Virus record (IMG/VR): IMGVR_UViG_3300032046_000003
Location: 128,001-178,280 of that record
DNA from: a virus
Lineage: Duplodnaviria > Heunggongvirae > Uroviricota > Caudoviricetes
DNA length: 50,280 bases
Reading direction: 5' to 3' (one strand)
This document shows, piece after piece, positions 36,204 to 45,653 of the stretch. Under the pieces are notes generated by a model. That model was not told the origin of the DNA, did no database searches, and worked only from the letters and a program-made list of their open reading frames with translations. How positions within the stretch are numbered: the first letter of the stretch is position 1; every line of letters starts with the position of its first letter. The position numbers and the translations under genes were made by a program.

Positions 36204-36851
36204 ATGGCTAAAGTAGATGATAAAATAGAAGACAAGAAATTTAAAGAAGAGCAAGAAAGCTATATTCAGACATGTCAAACTAGGCATGACCATAGAATAA
36301 AGACTTGCGATGACAAAGAAAAGCAAATAAGCAAGGAAATAGAGCAGACCAGTAAGCAATTAATGTTGTATGTTAGAGCGTTAAATGATATACAAATCGA
36401 GTCAAACGACCTGAAAAACAACAAAGAGAAGAGCATAGAAAAATATAGAGAGGAATTCAAGGCGCTCAAGTCTATGAAAAATTACAAAAATATTCAAGTT
36501 TCATTTAGCAACAACAGACCGGCGCTGGTAGGCTTTACTAATATGATATATATACAAGATAAAAATCAGTGGTACAAAATAGGTAAGTTTAAAGTTGTTA
36601 TTCAAGATGGTACTATTAATATCGATAATTTGACAAGTAAAAAAGAGGGGTATAATCATCCACATGTTCAAGGAAACGGCACTCCGTGCCTCGGAGACTT
36701 ACAATCAAGTTTGCCCAAGTTAATGGGCAATCACGAATATGCGCTCGTGTTTGACATCATACACAAATATTTATGTAGCTACAATGAAAGAAGTCCGTAT
36801 AAAAAAGTAGAGGCCTGGGAGAGAGTAAGCAAGCCAGGGGATGACGCATAA
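36204..36851 (+). CDS. E2 (UBC-fold) conjugating enzyme with N-terminal coiled coil
   Basis: HPHVQGNGTPCLG matches the E2 HPN/H...C motif; YN..SPY C-terminus. Confidence 0.75.
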   Translation: MAKVDDKIEDKKFKEEQESYIQTCQTRHDHRIKTCDDKEKQISKEIEQTSKQLMLYVRALNDIQIESNDLKNNKEKSIEKYREEFKALKSMKNYKNIQVSFSNNRPALVGFTNMIYIQDKNQWYKIGKFKVVIQDGTINIDNLTSKKEGYNHPHVQGNGTPCLGDLQSSLPKLMGNHEYALVFDIIHKYLCSYNERSPYKKVEAWERVSKPGDDA

Positions 36852-37355
36852 ATGTTAAAATCCAAAATATTTTTAACACCAGAAACATTCAAGAAAATAA
36901 GATTTTTTACCGATCTGGCTGAAGGTGAGGTATCAGGTCTAGGTAAGGCAGAGCGATCGGGTAATGATTTTATTATTACAGATGTCTATTGTCTTAAACA
37001 ATATAACACAGGGGCATCAACTGAATTAGACAGTGAAGACATTGCAAAATTACTGTGTAGACTGTATGAGAAGAAAGAAGATGTTAGCCTGTTGAAATTC
37101 TGGTGGCACTCTCATGCTAATTTTGGTGCATTTTGGAGTGGAACTGATACTCATACTATTAGTGAATTTGCAGCCAGCAACAGCTATTTAATATCGCTCG
37201 TAACAAATAAAAACGGCGACATATTGGCCAGATTAGACATATTTAATCCAATTGAATGCACTTTTGATAATGTAGAATTGGACGTAATGATAGATGCGAA
37301 AGATGCTGCATTAAAAGAAGAGTGCCAGAAAGAATTGGAGCATATTAATGAGTGA
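36852..37355 (+). CDS. JAB/MPN+ metalloprotease (Ubl maturase/deconjugase)
   Basis: GEVSG...WWHSH....WSGTD JAMM motif. Confidence 0.88.
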   Translation: MLKSKIFLTPETFKKIRFFTDLAEGEVSGLGKAERSGNDFIITDVYCLKQYNTGASTELDSEDIAKLLCRLYEKKEDVSLLKFWWHSHANFGAFWSGTDTHTISEFAASNSYLISLVTNKNGDILARLDIFNPIECTFDNVELDVMIDAKDAALKEECQKELEHINE

Positions 37356-38001
37356 ACAAAAATATTGGAGACAGTTAGATATAGTTAATAATGATAAGTT
37401 AAGCATTCCTATAACTATAATAGGTGCAGGGGCCGTCGGTTCATTTGTGTGTTTGACATTAGCAAAAATGGGATGCACTGATATAACAGTATATGATGAT
37501 GACGACATAGACACTCACAATATTTCTAATCAATTTTACAGAGAACAAGATTGCGGTAATTCAAAAGTTGAAAGTTTGAAGGCAATAATAAAAGAGTTCG
37601 ATAATATAGATATTAAGATTGTTTCAAAAAAATACAAAAATCAATCTCTTGAAGGCATAATTATATCTGCTGTTGACAGTATGAACGTAAGAAACGATAT
37701 ATGGAAGAATATCAAATATAATCCCTCCATAAAATTATTCATAGATGGCAGAATGGGCGCCGAAGTTATGAGAATATACACAGTAAAGCCTCATGATAAG
37801 GACGAGATAAAGTTCTTTGAAAAATATTTATATACTGAAAAAGAAGCAGAGGAATTAAAATGCACCGAGAAGAGCATAATATATAATGTTGCTGTTGTCA
37901 GCGGATTAATAACTAATCAAGTTAAGAAATATTGTATGGAGCAAGAATATAACAAAGAATTGATTTTTGATTTAAAGAACTTGTTGTTTATAAAGAATTA
38001 G
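37348..38001 (+). CDS. E1/ThiF-family activating enzyme
   Basis: IIGAGAVGS, YDDDDIDTHNISNQ, SKV, AVDS, DGRMG, candidate catalytic Cys in ELKCTEK. Confidence 0.9.
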   Translation: MSEQKYWRQLDIVNNDKLSIPITIIGAGAVGSFVCLTLAKMGCTDITVYDDDDIDTHNISNQFYREQDCGNSKVESLKAIIKEFDNIDIKIVSKKYKNQSLEGIIISAVDSMNVRNDIWKNIKYNPSIKLFIDGRMGAEVMRIYTVKPHDKDEIKFFEKYLYTEKEAEELKCTEKSIIYNVAVVSGLITNQVKKYCMEQEYNKELIFDLKNLLFIKN

Positions 38002-38030
38002 TTCAAATGAGAAGAAAAATGCATAATAAT
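38001..38030 (+). promoter_or_regulatory. phage promoter, motif A (degenerate)
   Basis: GTTCAA-13 nt-TGCATAATAAT. Confidence 0.5.
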
Positions 38031-38312
38031 ACTGATGTGAACATAATAGACTATACATTGTCCAGGGAACTGGACAAGATTAAAAGGAAGCGTCGATCAG
38101 CTGAAAGAGATTTAGCAGATATTAAATCCAGATATGAATTAGCTTCGGTTGAAGTTGAATATTATAATCATTGTGAAAAAGAAATTCTTGAGAAGTTAGA
38201 TAGTAAATACATAAAAAAAATGAGCGAGCCTGAATTCGAAAGAGTCAGAAGAGCCAAATATAATAGTTCGGTCAAATATAGACGTAATGGAATTACGGAG
38301 GAAAGTATATGA
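38007..38312 (+). CDS. coiled-coil hypothetical protein coupled to the Clp ATPase
   Basis: ATGA overlap with clpC; start uncertain. Confidence 0.5.
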   Translation: MRRKMHNNTDVNIIDYTLSRELDKIKRKRRSAERDLADIKSRYELASVEVEYYNHCEKEILEKLDSKYIKKMSEPEFERVRRAKYNSSVKYRRNGITEESI

Positions 38313-40828
38313 TATGTGAAGATTGCCGTCAAAATGAAGCGACATTTGAAGCCATATTTAATATAAATGGCGCCAGGCGCGTTAAAAATATATGTGATGT
38401 ATGCTATAACAAATATCAACTAAGCAACGACGAACAAGTTAAAGAAATTTATAACAAATTAAGCGACGCCACCAAGAAGTCTATTTATTATGCAAGGAGA
38501 GAGGCTAAGAACAGAAGGCATAAATATGTCACCGAATACCATTTATTATACGGAATCGTTCTCGAGCAAGGCAGCACATATAACACTTTAATAAGCATCG
38601 GCGTGAATATTGATAGTTTAAAACAAAAAATAGATTGGGCTTTAACTGCTGTTGCTGATTTAGTTGATAGGGGTAGTCAAGTTGAACCACTTTTATCAGT
38701 TGAAGTAGCCAATACATTAAAAGCCAGTGTCAATATAATAAATAAAATAGAGTTTCCAGAAGTGGAGCCTGAACATATTCTAATAGCAATCTTGGAACAA
38801 AGAGACAGCGAATTGTGTAGAGTGCTGAAACAGCAATTTGGATTAGACATAATTAAGATATTGGAGGAAATAGAGGCTCAATTACCCGGCGATATTGACC
38901 TAGTTAGAAAATATAAAGAAAATGATTCTAAGAAAACAGCATTAGAAAAGTACAGCAGGAATCTGACTAAAATGGCCAAAGCCGATGAACTCGATCCTTG
39001 TATAGGTAGAACCTTAGAAATAGAGAGAATGATACACATATTGTCTAGAAGGACCAAGAACAACCCTGTGCTGGTCGGAGAAGCCGGTGTTGGTAAAACT
39101 GCAATAGTAGAGGGATTGGCAAGAAAAATAGTTGAAGGTGATGTACCTGAAAACATATTAAATAAGCAAGTCTTAGCGCTGGACTTAAACTCGATGGTGG
39201 CGGGAACTAGGTTTAGAGGAGAGTTTGAAGAGAGAATAAAGGCTGTTCTCGATGAGGTAAAATCTCGCTCAAGAGAGGTTATTCTTTTCATAGACGAATT
39301 GCATACGTTGATAGGCGCAGGTTCGGCTCAAGGAAGCATGGACGCCGCCAATATATTGAAACCCATGTTGGCGAGAGGGGAATTACAATGTATAGGAGCA
39401 ACAACTCGAGAAGAATACAGCCAACATATAGAAAATGACAAGGCGCTAGAAAGAAGATTCCAACTTATTGACGTTTCAGAACCTACGGTAGACGAGGCAA
39501 AAGAAATCTTAAAAGGCGTAAAATATAGATATGATAATTTTCACAATGTGAATATAAGCAACGAGGCTATTGACGCGGCCGTTGAAATGTCAACTAAATT
39601 CATAGCCAACAGATTCTTGCCGGATAAAGCAATAGATTTGATGGACGAGGCCAGTGCTAAGGTAAAATTAAGCAAGTTGGAATTACCAGAAGACATTAAA
39701 TCCCTTAAAAAGCAAATAGCGCTAGATAAGAAAAATAAAAAAGATACTGTAAAAGAAGAAAAACTGCTTAATCAGAAACTCGAAAAAAGAACAGAGGACA
39801 ATAGCAAAATAGTTCTAAATGTCGAGAAAAACGACATAGCGCAAGTGGTTAGCAGATGGACTAAAATACCCGCAACTGAACTATTGAAGGAAGAGAAAAC
39901 TAAACTATTGCATTTAGAAGATAAGCTGCACGAGAAAATCATAGGTCAAGACCAGGCAATAAAGGCGCTTTGCAATTCGATACGAAGATCGAGAGTCGGT
40001 ATAAACGACCACAACAAGCCAATAGGCTCTTTCATATTTGCCGGTAAGACCGGAGTGGGTAAAACTTTAGTGGCCAAAACACTAGCCGAATATCTATTTG
40101 ATTCTCCCGAGCACTTTATAAAAATTGACATGTCAGAGTATCAAGAAAAACATACAGTTTCTAGACTAATAGGAGCGCCTCCAGGATATATTGGATTTGA
40201 GCAAGGCGGGCAATTAATAGAACACTTAAGAAGGCACCCTTATTCAGTTATATTGTTAGATGAAATTGAAAAAGCTCATCCAGACATATTTAACGTATTA
40301 TTGCAAGTGACTGAAGACGGGGTAATAACTGATGGCAGAGGAAGAAAAGCCGATTGTAGGAATTCCATCATAATAATGACTTCAAACATAGGGGCGTTAA
40401 AAAAGGACATTATAGGGTTTAATGCAAAGATCGAAACTAAAGACGAATATGAGAGGCTTAGAACAGCTACAGAGAATGCCATGAAGGAGTTTTTTAAGCC
40501 TGAATTCTTGAACAGGATAGACGACGTCATAGTATTCCACAATCTGGAAGAGGACGACATGTATAAGATAGTAGAATTGATGATAAACGACTTGTCTGCA
40601 AGAATGAAAAAGCAAGAGCTCAATATAAAGATAGACCAAGACGTCAAGAAGTTGTTGGTGGAATCTGGATTTGACAAAGAATATGGCGCTAGAAGTTTGA
40701 AGAAATTCATAGTTCGCAGGATAGAAAATCCATTGGCTGAAGAGATGCTTAAGGACAAATTTAAGCCTAATGACACTATATTAATTACTAAAGAAAAGAA
40801 AGAAATAATTTTTGAAGTAGAAAAATGA
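38309..40828 (+). CDS. clpC: ClpC/ClpE-like AAA+ unfoldase
   Basis: N-terminal CEDC...CDVC Zn finger, Clp-N repeats, [32 protein letters not shown] ClpP-docking loop. Confidence 0.92.
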   Translation: MICEDCRQNEATFEAIFNINGARRVKNICDVCYNKYQLSNDEQVKEIYNKLSDATKKSIYYARREAKNRRHKYVTEYHLLYGIVLEQGSTYNTLISIGVNIDSLKQKIDWALTAVADLVDRGSQVEPLLSVEVANTLKASVNIINKIEFPEVEPEHILIAILEQRDSELCRVLKQQFGLDIIKILEEIEAQLPGDIDLVRKYKENDSKKTALEKYSRNLTKMAKADELDPCIGRTLEIERMIHILSRRTKNNPVLVGEAGVGKTAIVEGLARKIVEGDVPENILNKQVLALDLNSMVAGTRFRGEFEERIKAVLDEVKSRSREVILFIDELHTLIGAGSAQGSMDAANILKPMLARGELQCIGATTREEYSQHIENDKALERRFQLIDVSEPTVDEAKEILKGVKYRYDNFHNVNISNEAIDAAVEMSTKFIANRFLPDKAIDLMDEASAKVKLSKLELPEDIKSLKKQIALDKKNKKDTVKEEKLLNQKLEKRTEDNSKIVLNVEKNDIAQVVSRWTKIPATELLKEEKTKLLHLEDKLHEKIIGQDQAIKALCNSIRRSRVGINDHNKPIGSFIFAGKTGVGKTLVAKTLAEYLFDSPEHFIKIDMSEYQEKHTVSRLIGAPPGYIGFEQGGQLIEHLRRHPYSVILLDEIEKAHPDIFNVLLQVTEDGVITDGRGRKADCRNSIIIMTSNIGALKKDIIGFNAKIETKDEYERLRTATENAMKEFFKPEFLNRIDDVIVFHNLEEDDMYKIVELMINDLSARMKKQELNIKIDQDVKKLLVESGFDKEYGARSLKKFIVRRIENPLAEEMLKDKFKPNDTILITKEKKEIIFEVEK

Positions 40829-41244
40829 TACCCTTAGTTATTAAAAGATTAGAGCCAGATTTACTTAAAATTTATAACAAATTAATAGAAGACGGATGGA
40901 ATTGTGTATCTAATAGCAGAATGATATTTATGAAAGATTTGTACGAGGATTTTCATACAAAAGTTACTGTTATTAAGGGACGCAGAAAATTTCGCTGTCA
41001 AGTAGACTGGGACTTTTCTAAACTGTTATGGATTGAAAACGATTCAAGGGTGAGGCTGATCGAATTTCACAAGTCAGATAAAACAAAGTGGTTTCGATCA
41101 AGAGGACAGTTGGAGAATAGAGAAATATCTGTAGATCAGTTCGGTAATTTGGATGAAATATTAGACGAAATGTTTGACAATATACAAAATATACACAGCA
41201 TTAACAAGGTCAAGCGATTGCGTTTATTTAACGAAAACATTTAG
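40825..41244 (+). CDS. hypothetical protein
   Basis: ATGA-coupled to clpC. Confidence 0.55.
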   Translation: MIPLVIKRLEPDLLKIYNKLIEDGWNCVSNSRMIFMKDLYEDFHTKVTVIKGRRKFRCQVDWDFSKLLWIENDSRVRLIEFHKSDKTKWFRSRGQLENREISVDQFGNLDEILDEMFDNIQNIHSINKVKRLRLFNENI

Positions 41245-41273
41245 TTCAAGTTTGTTGAAAGTTGCATTATAAT
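41244..41273 (+). promoter_or_regulatory. phage promoter, motif A
   Basis: GTTCAA-13 nt-TGCATTATAAT. Confidence 0.7.
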
Positions 41274-41293
41274 ATAATAGGAGGTTAAAACAA

Positions 41294-42481
41294 ATGAACG
41301 TATTTGATTATGGAGTTGACTTATCAGGTGTTTGTGATAAATGTAATAAAAAAATAATAATGGGTATATGCGCTTGTGAAAAGACAAATAGAAAATTAGC
41401 TTCTATACAAAAAATATTAGCAGTTGAACCCATAGAAGGAGCTGACAACATAGAGAAGGTTAAGGTTCTTGGGTGGCAAGTAGTGGTGAAAAAAGGAGAA
41501 TTTAAACCAGGAGATTTATGCGTATTTTTTGAAATAGACTCATTTTTGCCCATAAGAGAAGAGTTTGAATTCTTAAGAAAATCTAGTTATCGCCTTTTAG
41601 AAGATGGCAAAGAAGGATTTAGATTAAAGAGTTGCAAGCTCAGGAAGACTTTATCTCAAGGACTTGTAATGCCGCTATCTATTTTAGATGGAAAATTAAC
41701 TTTTTCAGCACCTTCTGGTTTAGAATTAGGAAAAATGATGGAAATGGCAATAGACAAAGTATTAAGTGCAGAAGAAGGATTAGATGTTACAGAAATATTA
41801 GGCATTACAAAATATGAGATAGCAATTCCCGTCCAACTGAAAGGAATTTTAGAGGGGAAATTTCCTACAGAAATAATACCCAAGACAGACGAGATACGCA
41901 TCCAGTCGGAACCCGGTCTTATTGAGGAAATGAAAGGCAAGGAATATTACATCACTGTCAAGGTAGACGGAACAAGCGCCACATTTTATAAGCACAACGA
42001 TAAGTTTGGTGTATGCGGCAGAAATTGGGAACATAAATTAGAGTCCCAAAACGCTTATATGCAAATAGCACAGAAATACGATTTACAGAATAAGCTGAAT
42101 GCACTGGGTAAGAACTTGGCGATACAAGGGGAAATCGCAGGGCTTGGCATACAGAAGAATCCTTTGGGACTTAAAGAATTAGAATTATTTGTGTTTTCTA
42201 TATATGATATAGATAATAGAAAATATTTGGATTTAGAGGAATTTTTAAATACAGCAAGAGAATTAAATCTTAGAACAGTTCCATTTGAAGGAAGAGATTT
42301 GGATTTTGATTATATAATGGAAGAACTTATTGAAAAAGCTAAAGGTAAATATGTAGGGACACAGAAAAACCGAGAAGGCATAGTTATAAGACCGATAAAG
42401 GAAACATATTCAGAGTTATTGAAAGGGAGATTATCATTTAAGGTTGTTAATGATGATTATTTACTTAAGGATGAAGAATAG
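41294..42481 (+). CDS. RNA ligase (DRB0094/Rnl5-like)
   Basis: RKLASIQ..PIEGADNIE N-domain, KVDGTS, IQGEI, REGIVIR, SFKVVN. Confidence 0.9.
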   Translation: MNVFDYGVDLSGVCDKCNKKIIMGICACEKTNRKLASIQKILAVEPIEGADNIEKVKVLGWQVVVKKGEFKPGDLCVFFEIDSFLPIREEFEFLRKSSYRLLEDGKEGFRLKSCKLRKTLSQGLVMPLSILDGKLTFSAPSGLELGKMMEMAIDKVLSAEEGLDVTEILGITKYEIAIPVQLKGILEGKFPTEIIPKTDEIRIQSEPGLIEEMKGKEYYITVKVDGTSATFYKHNDKFGVCGRNWEHKLESQNAYMQIAQKYDLQNKLNALGKNLAIQGEIAGLGIQKNPLGLKELELFVFSIYDIDNRKYLDLEEFLNTARELNLRTVPFEGRDLDFDYIMEELIEKAKGKYVGTQKNREGIVIRPIKETYSELLKGRLSFKVVNDDYLLKDEE

Positions 42482-42670
42482 ATGAGCAAAGAGGGTTTAC
42501 AAAAAGCTGCTCAAGTATTTATAGATATGCAGCAATTAAGAATAGAGTTTTTAGGGCATTCAAAAGATAAACAAGATATTCTTTTAGGGCAAATGTTGGA
42601 AGTAGGTAAAGACGCTATGCAAAAACATTTTGCAGAAATTACCTTAATGGAAAAATATGATTCAATTTAA
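42482..42670 (+). CDS. hypothetical protein
   Basis: Directly follows the ligase stop. Confidence 0.45.
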   Translation: MSKEGLQKAAQVFIDMQQLRIEFLGHSKDKQDILLGQMLEVGKDAMQKHFAEITLMEKYDSI

Positions 42671-42671
42671 C

Positions 42672-42739
42672 GCCGGGATAGCTGAGATTAGCGCAACCCT
42701 GAAAAGGTTGAGACAATGGTGCGATACCATTTCCTGACA
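42672..42739 (+). tRNA. tRNA-Phe(GAA), compact and atypical
   Basis: CAACC-CTGAAAA-GGTTG anticodon arm; short D arm, TGCGATA T loop, one acceptor mismatch. Confidence 0.7.
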
Positions 42740-42742
42740 CAT

Positions 42743-42813
42743 TCCAGGGTCGGCTAATGGTAGGCCAGCGGGCTTTGAACCCGTTAACGGAGGTTCGAAT
42801 CCTTCCCCTGGAG
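42743..42813 (+). tRNA. tRNA-Gln(TTG)
   Basis: TCCAGGG/CCCTGGA acceptor, GCGGG-CTTTGAA-CCCGT, GGTTCGAATCC. Confidence 0.92.
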
Positions 42814-42842
42814 TTCAAGTTCGCTGAAAAGTGCATTATAAT
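42813..42842 (+). promoter_or_regulatory. phage promoter, motif A
   Basis: GTTCAA-13 nt-TGCATTATAAT. Confidence 0.7.
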
Positions 42843-42863
42843 AAAGATAGGAGAGTGATTAAT

Positions 42864-43955
42864 ATGAAAAATTGGATTAGTGTATTGGTAGTTTCAATGT
42901 GTTTAGGCGTAATGTTGTGTGGATGCGGTCAAAGCCCTGTAGATAATAGCAAGGACAAGACGTATTCAACAGTTCATCATTATTTTGGGACACAATCCCC
43001 CGGCGATGCATGGGACTGGACTACTGAGAATTATACATTTAGCGGCAGCAATGAAATGACAGGCCTTTATTTTTCTGGCCTATATTCAATTACCTCTAAT
43101 GGATATATGAAGGCAACAATAGAATCTACAAGCGATAATGTGAATATGCCAACCGGAACAATAATATACGGACTAGAAATTCCGGGAACAATGCTGATAA
43201 TCAAGCCCGGAATAAATGACAATATGAACAGAGTTATTATATGCGCTGCAAAAGCAAATTCCGCCTATGTAGGCAAATTCAATTGGGTGGTTATGCCTGG
43301 TGCATATTGGGATAATTTCGGTCCTTCACCAGCCTATGGGACAGGCGAAATAGTCTCTCAACTTGATAACACATATACCGATTATGCTACAGGCAATTAT
43401 ATAGACGGTTCATTTGCCGCCTCATGGCAAACAGACGGAATGATTTTTGACAATGGACTATTTTATGAACCAGGAGAAGACTTTAAAACCTGTATTATGG
43501 AAAGCGGAATAGGAGTATCAGATTGCGGCGCTAATAGTAATAGCATAATTAATTTGGGCGACCCGAATACTGAGATTAGTTCTGTTGATGTCGCTGCAGA
43601 TTTAGATTATAGAGGAGTTATATATTATACCAATGCTGTTGGCGCTACAAGTACGGCAGAAACTAAACTTATCGGAGCCAGGAAAGACCCGTCAAGAGAA
43701 GGAGCATTGCAGATATACAATTGGGCAGGGAACAACTTTGAAGATGGAAGCCCAGATTATACAAATTGTATTACTTTGGAATTGGGAAGCAATATCAACA
43801 ATGGAATATTAAAAGGAAAATATATAGACAGTAATGGAGCTACACCTAATAGTGAAGTAATAATCTCTAAAATTGACAATAAATATATTGTTTTCGGAAT
43901 ATCTACTCTACCAATATCTAATTATCCAGTTAATGTGGTTTTGATACAGAGGTAA
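42864..43955 (+). CDS. lipoprotein, beta-rich
   Basis: MKNWISVLVVSMCLGVMLCG-C lipobox; start 42864 after GGAGAG. Confidence 0.7.
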   Translation: MKNWISVLVVSMCLGVMLCGCGQSPVDNSKDKTYSTVHHYFGTQSPGDAWDWTTENYTFSGSNEMTGLYFSGLYSITSNGYMKATIESTSDNVNMPTGTIIYGLEIPGTMLIIKPGINDNMNRVIICAAKANSAYVGKFNWVVMPGAYWDNFGPSPAYGTGEIVSQLDNTYTDYATGNYIDGSFAASWQTDGMIFDNGLFYEPGEDFKTCIMESGIGVSDCGANSNSIINLGDPNTEISSVDVAADLDYRGVIYYTNAVGATSTAETKLIGARKDPSREGALQIYNWAGNNFEDGSPDYTNCITLELGSNINNGILKGKYIDSNGATPNSEVIISKIDNKYIVFGISTLPISNYPVNVVLIQR

Positions 43956-43958
43956 AAT

Positions 43959-44489
43959 ATGAAATGGAATGAAACAATAGCAAGTCAATGTAGATACGGC
44001 GATATAGCTGGACAAGTATGGGGCAAGTGGGATATTATCTGGGAGGACAGTTCGGCTGATTATCAAGGTCATGCAACTATTTTGGCTAAAAAGGGTAAAA
44101 AATATTGCTTCTATGAGTGGCATTACGGTTCGTGCTCAGGTTGCGATGGATGGGAAGCTGACGGAAAGACTGGCGACGAAATAGAAAAAGAGATGCGAGA
44201 CACAGCGATGTGGCTTGATAATAAAGCACAACTCAAAAAGTGGCTAAACATGCTTGAAGGCGACCCTAGAAGTAATGCTAGCATGGAAAGAGGCGGAGGT
44301 CTTGCATATGGAATAGATTTTCTAAGTGGAGGCTTAATAGACAGGATAAATGCCATTAGAAAAGAACTTAAAATGCCCGAGCTTAAAAAAGAAGATTTTG
44401 ATCCTTCAGAAGTAAGCTCGTGTGAAAGCTGTTTTTGTATGACTCACGCTATTAATGGTAAATGCGGAAAATGTGGAGCTGTTAAATAG
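43959..44489 (+). CDS. hypothetical phage protein
   Basis: DYQG...YGSCSGCD motif, C-terminal CxxC pairs. Confidence 0.6.
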   Translation: MKWNETIASQCRYGDIAGQVWGKWDIIWEDSSADYQGHATILAKKGKKYCFYEWHYGSCSGCDGWEADGKTGDEIEKEMRDTAMWLDNKAQLKKWLNMLEGDPRSNASMERGGGLAYGIDFLSGGLIDRINAIRKELKMPELKKEDFDPSEVSSCESCFCMTHAINGKCGKCGAVK

Positions 44490-44677
44490 GCTGGTGCCAA
44501 AGTTGGGGTTTGAAGCCGCAGTTATATGCGAATTGTATATAACTCATAAGACTATCTTCGAACACACCAAGCCAAGCTGTCAGGAGCAATTTGCGGTTGA
44601 AAAATAGGCGTTATTTAGATTAAGGGTTAGTCGACTTGATTGAATAAGGACATTTTCAACAACGGACAGTCAGCCTA
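44487..44677 (+). ncRNA. candidate ~190-nt structured RNA
   Basis: Two long bulged hairpins plus alternative closing helix TAGGCTG/CAGCCTA; no ORF. Confidence 0.5.
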
Positions 44678-44707
44678 GTTTGCAATGTGTTCAATAGAGG
44701 TGATAAT

Positions 44708-45157
44708 ATGAAATGGTTATGGAAGAATTTTCGAAAAATTATAAGAGATAATTTCTGGCTGATAGCGTTTGTTATAATAATCGGCATACATCAAGCTCAA
44801 TATGCCTCTTTAATGTCTAGAATTGACATGTGGGAAGCTGAAATGGGATTTTCTCAAGCAACAGGGTGGATTAATGTAGTTGCGTCTTATTTCGGTAAAG
44901 GTGATGGTTTAGAAAAAGCAATTATGTATAGCGGGACCAGAGTCAATGACAAAACATTATTCTTTGCCTCAAGACATGTTCCTATGGGGACAAAGGCAAT
45001 GTTTTATAATCCTAAGACCAAAAAATATGCCGTAGGAATATGCTTGGACTGGGGGCCGAATGCAAGGTTGAAAAGAGATGTGGACTTGGGACCTGCATTA
45101 TCAGATAGACTCGGATTCAAAGGGGTTTATGCTATAAGAATGAAGGTACTGAGATAA
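44708..45157 (+). CDS. RlpA-like (double-psi beta-barrel) lytic transglycosylase with N-terminal TM
   Basis: VASYFG, FASRHVPMGT, LDWGP, RDVDLGPA. Confidence 0.7.
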   Translation: MKWLWKNFRKIIRDNFWLIAFVIIIGIHQAQYASLMSRIDMWEAEMGFSQATGWINVVASYFGKGDGLEKAIMYSGTRVNDKTLFFASRHVPMGTKAMFYNPKTKKYAVGICLDWGPNARLKRDVDLGPALSDRLGFKGVYAIRMKVLR

Positions 45158-45170
45158 GGGAGGTAAAAGA

Positions 45171-45515
45171 ATGAGAGCTAGAATACTCTGCTTCTTTATG
45201 GGGCATAAGTGGTGTGACCATAGATGTTTGCGGTGTGAGCAATGGCAGGAAACTAAAACCTGTAATACTTGGGGCGAAGAAACAGCAAGCATATTGGCAC
45301 AACCCTTTTCAGAATCAGTAGGGGGGTTGAGTGCTGAGCAAATGGAAATTGTTGAGAGGCAAGCCCTCGCCATCAAGGAAGCAGGATATGTGAAGAGGGA
45401 TTGGGTTATAGGGATAGTGGAGAAGGCAAAAAGGACATATTGCTTTAAGCCAATGAAAGGACTTGATGTATTTGACCAAGCAATAAAAGAAATACTGTGG
45501 GAGGTAAAAGAATGA
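45171..45515 (+). CDS. hypothetical protein (Cys/His N-terminus)
   Basis: LCFFMGHKW...CLRC. Confidence 0.6.
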   Translation: MRARILCFFMGHKWCDHRCLRCEQWQETKTCNTWGEETASILAQPFSESVGGLSAEQMEIVERQALAIKEAGYVKRDWVIGIVEKAKRTYCFKPMKGLDVFDQAIKEILWEVKE

Positions 45516-45649
45516 AGTGTGACCATTGGGGATGGTTATACCCAAAGTTTATTAAAAGAAAGTTAAAAGTCTTGTGCTGTAGGTGTGATAAGTGGCTAAC
45601 AAAAAAGGAAATAAAGAAATTATTGCCTGAATGGAAATTGGGGAGGTAA
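45512..45649 (+). CDS. small Cys-rich protein (45 aa), not in ORF track
   Basis: Repeat RBS; MKCDHW...CCRC. Confidence 0.55.
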   Translation: MKCDHWGWLYPKFIKRKLKVLCCRCDKWLTKKEIKKLLPEWKLGR

Positions 45650-45653
45650 AAGA

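Noticed and set aside
35880-38001. ThiS/ThiF or MoaD/MoeB sulfur-relay interpretation
   Set aside because: An E2-like protein is present and no cofactor-biosynthesis or thiolation genes are nearby.
42831-42863. Upstream extensions given by the ORF track (also 17382, 22042, 25507, 34316)
   Set aside because: They overlap promoters, structured RNA or upstream genes; downstream starts fit RBS or domain boundaries better.
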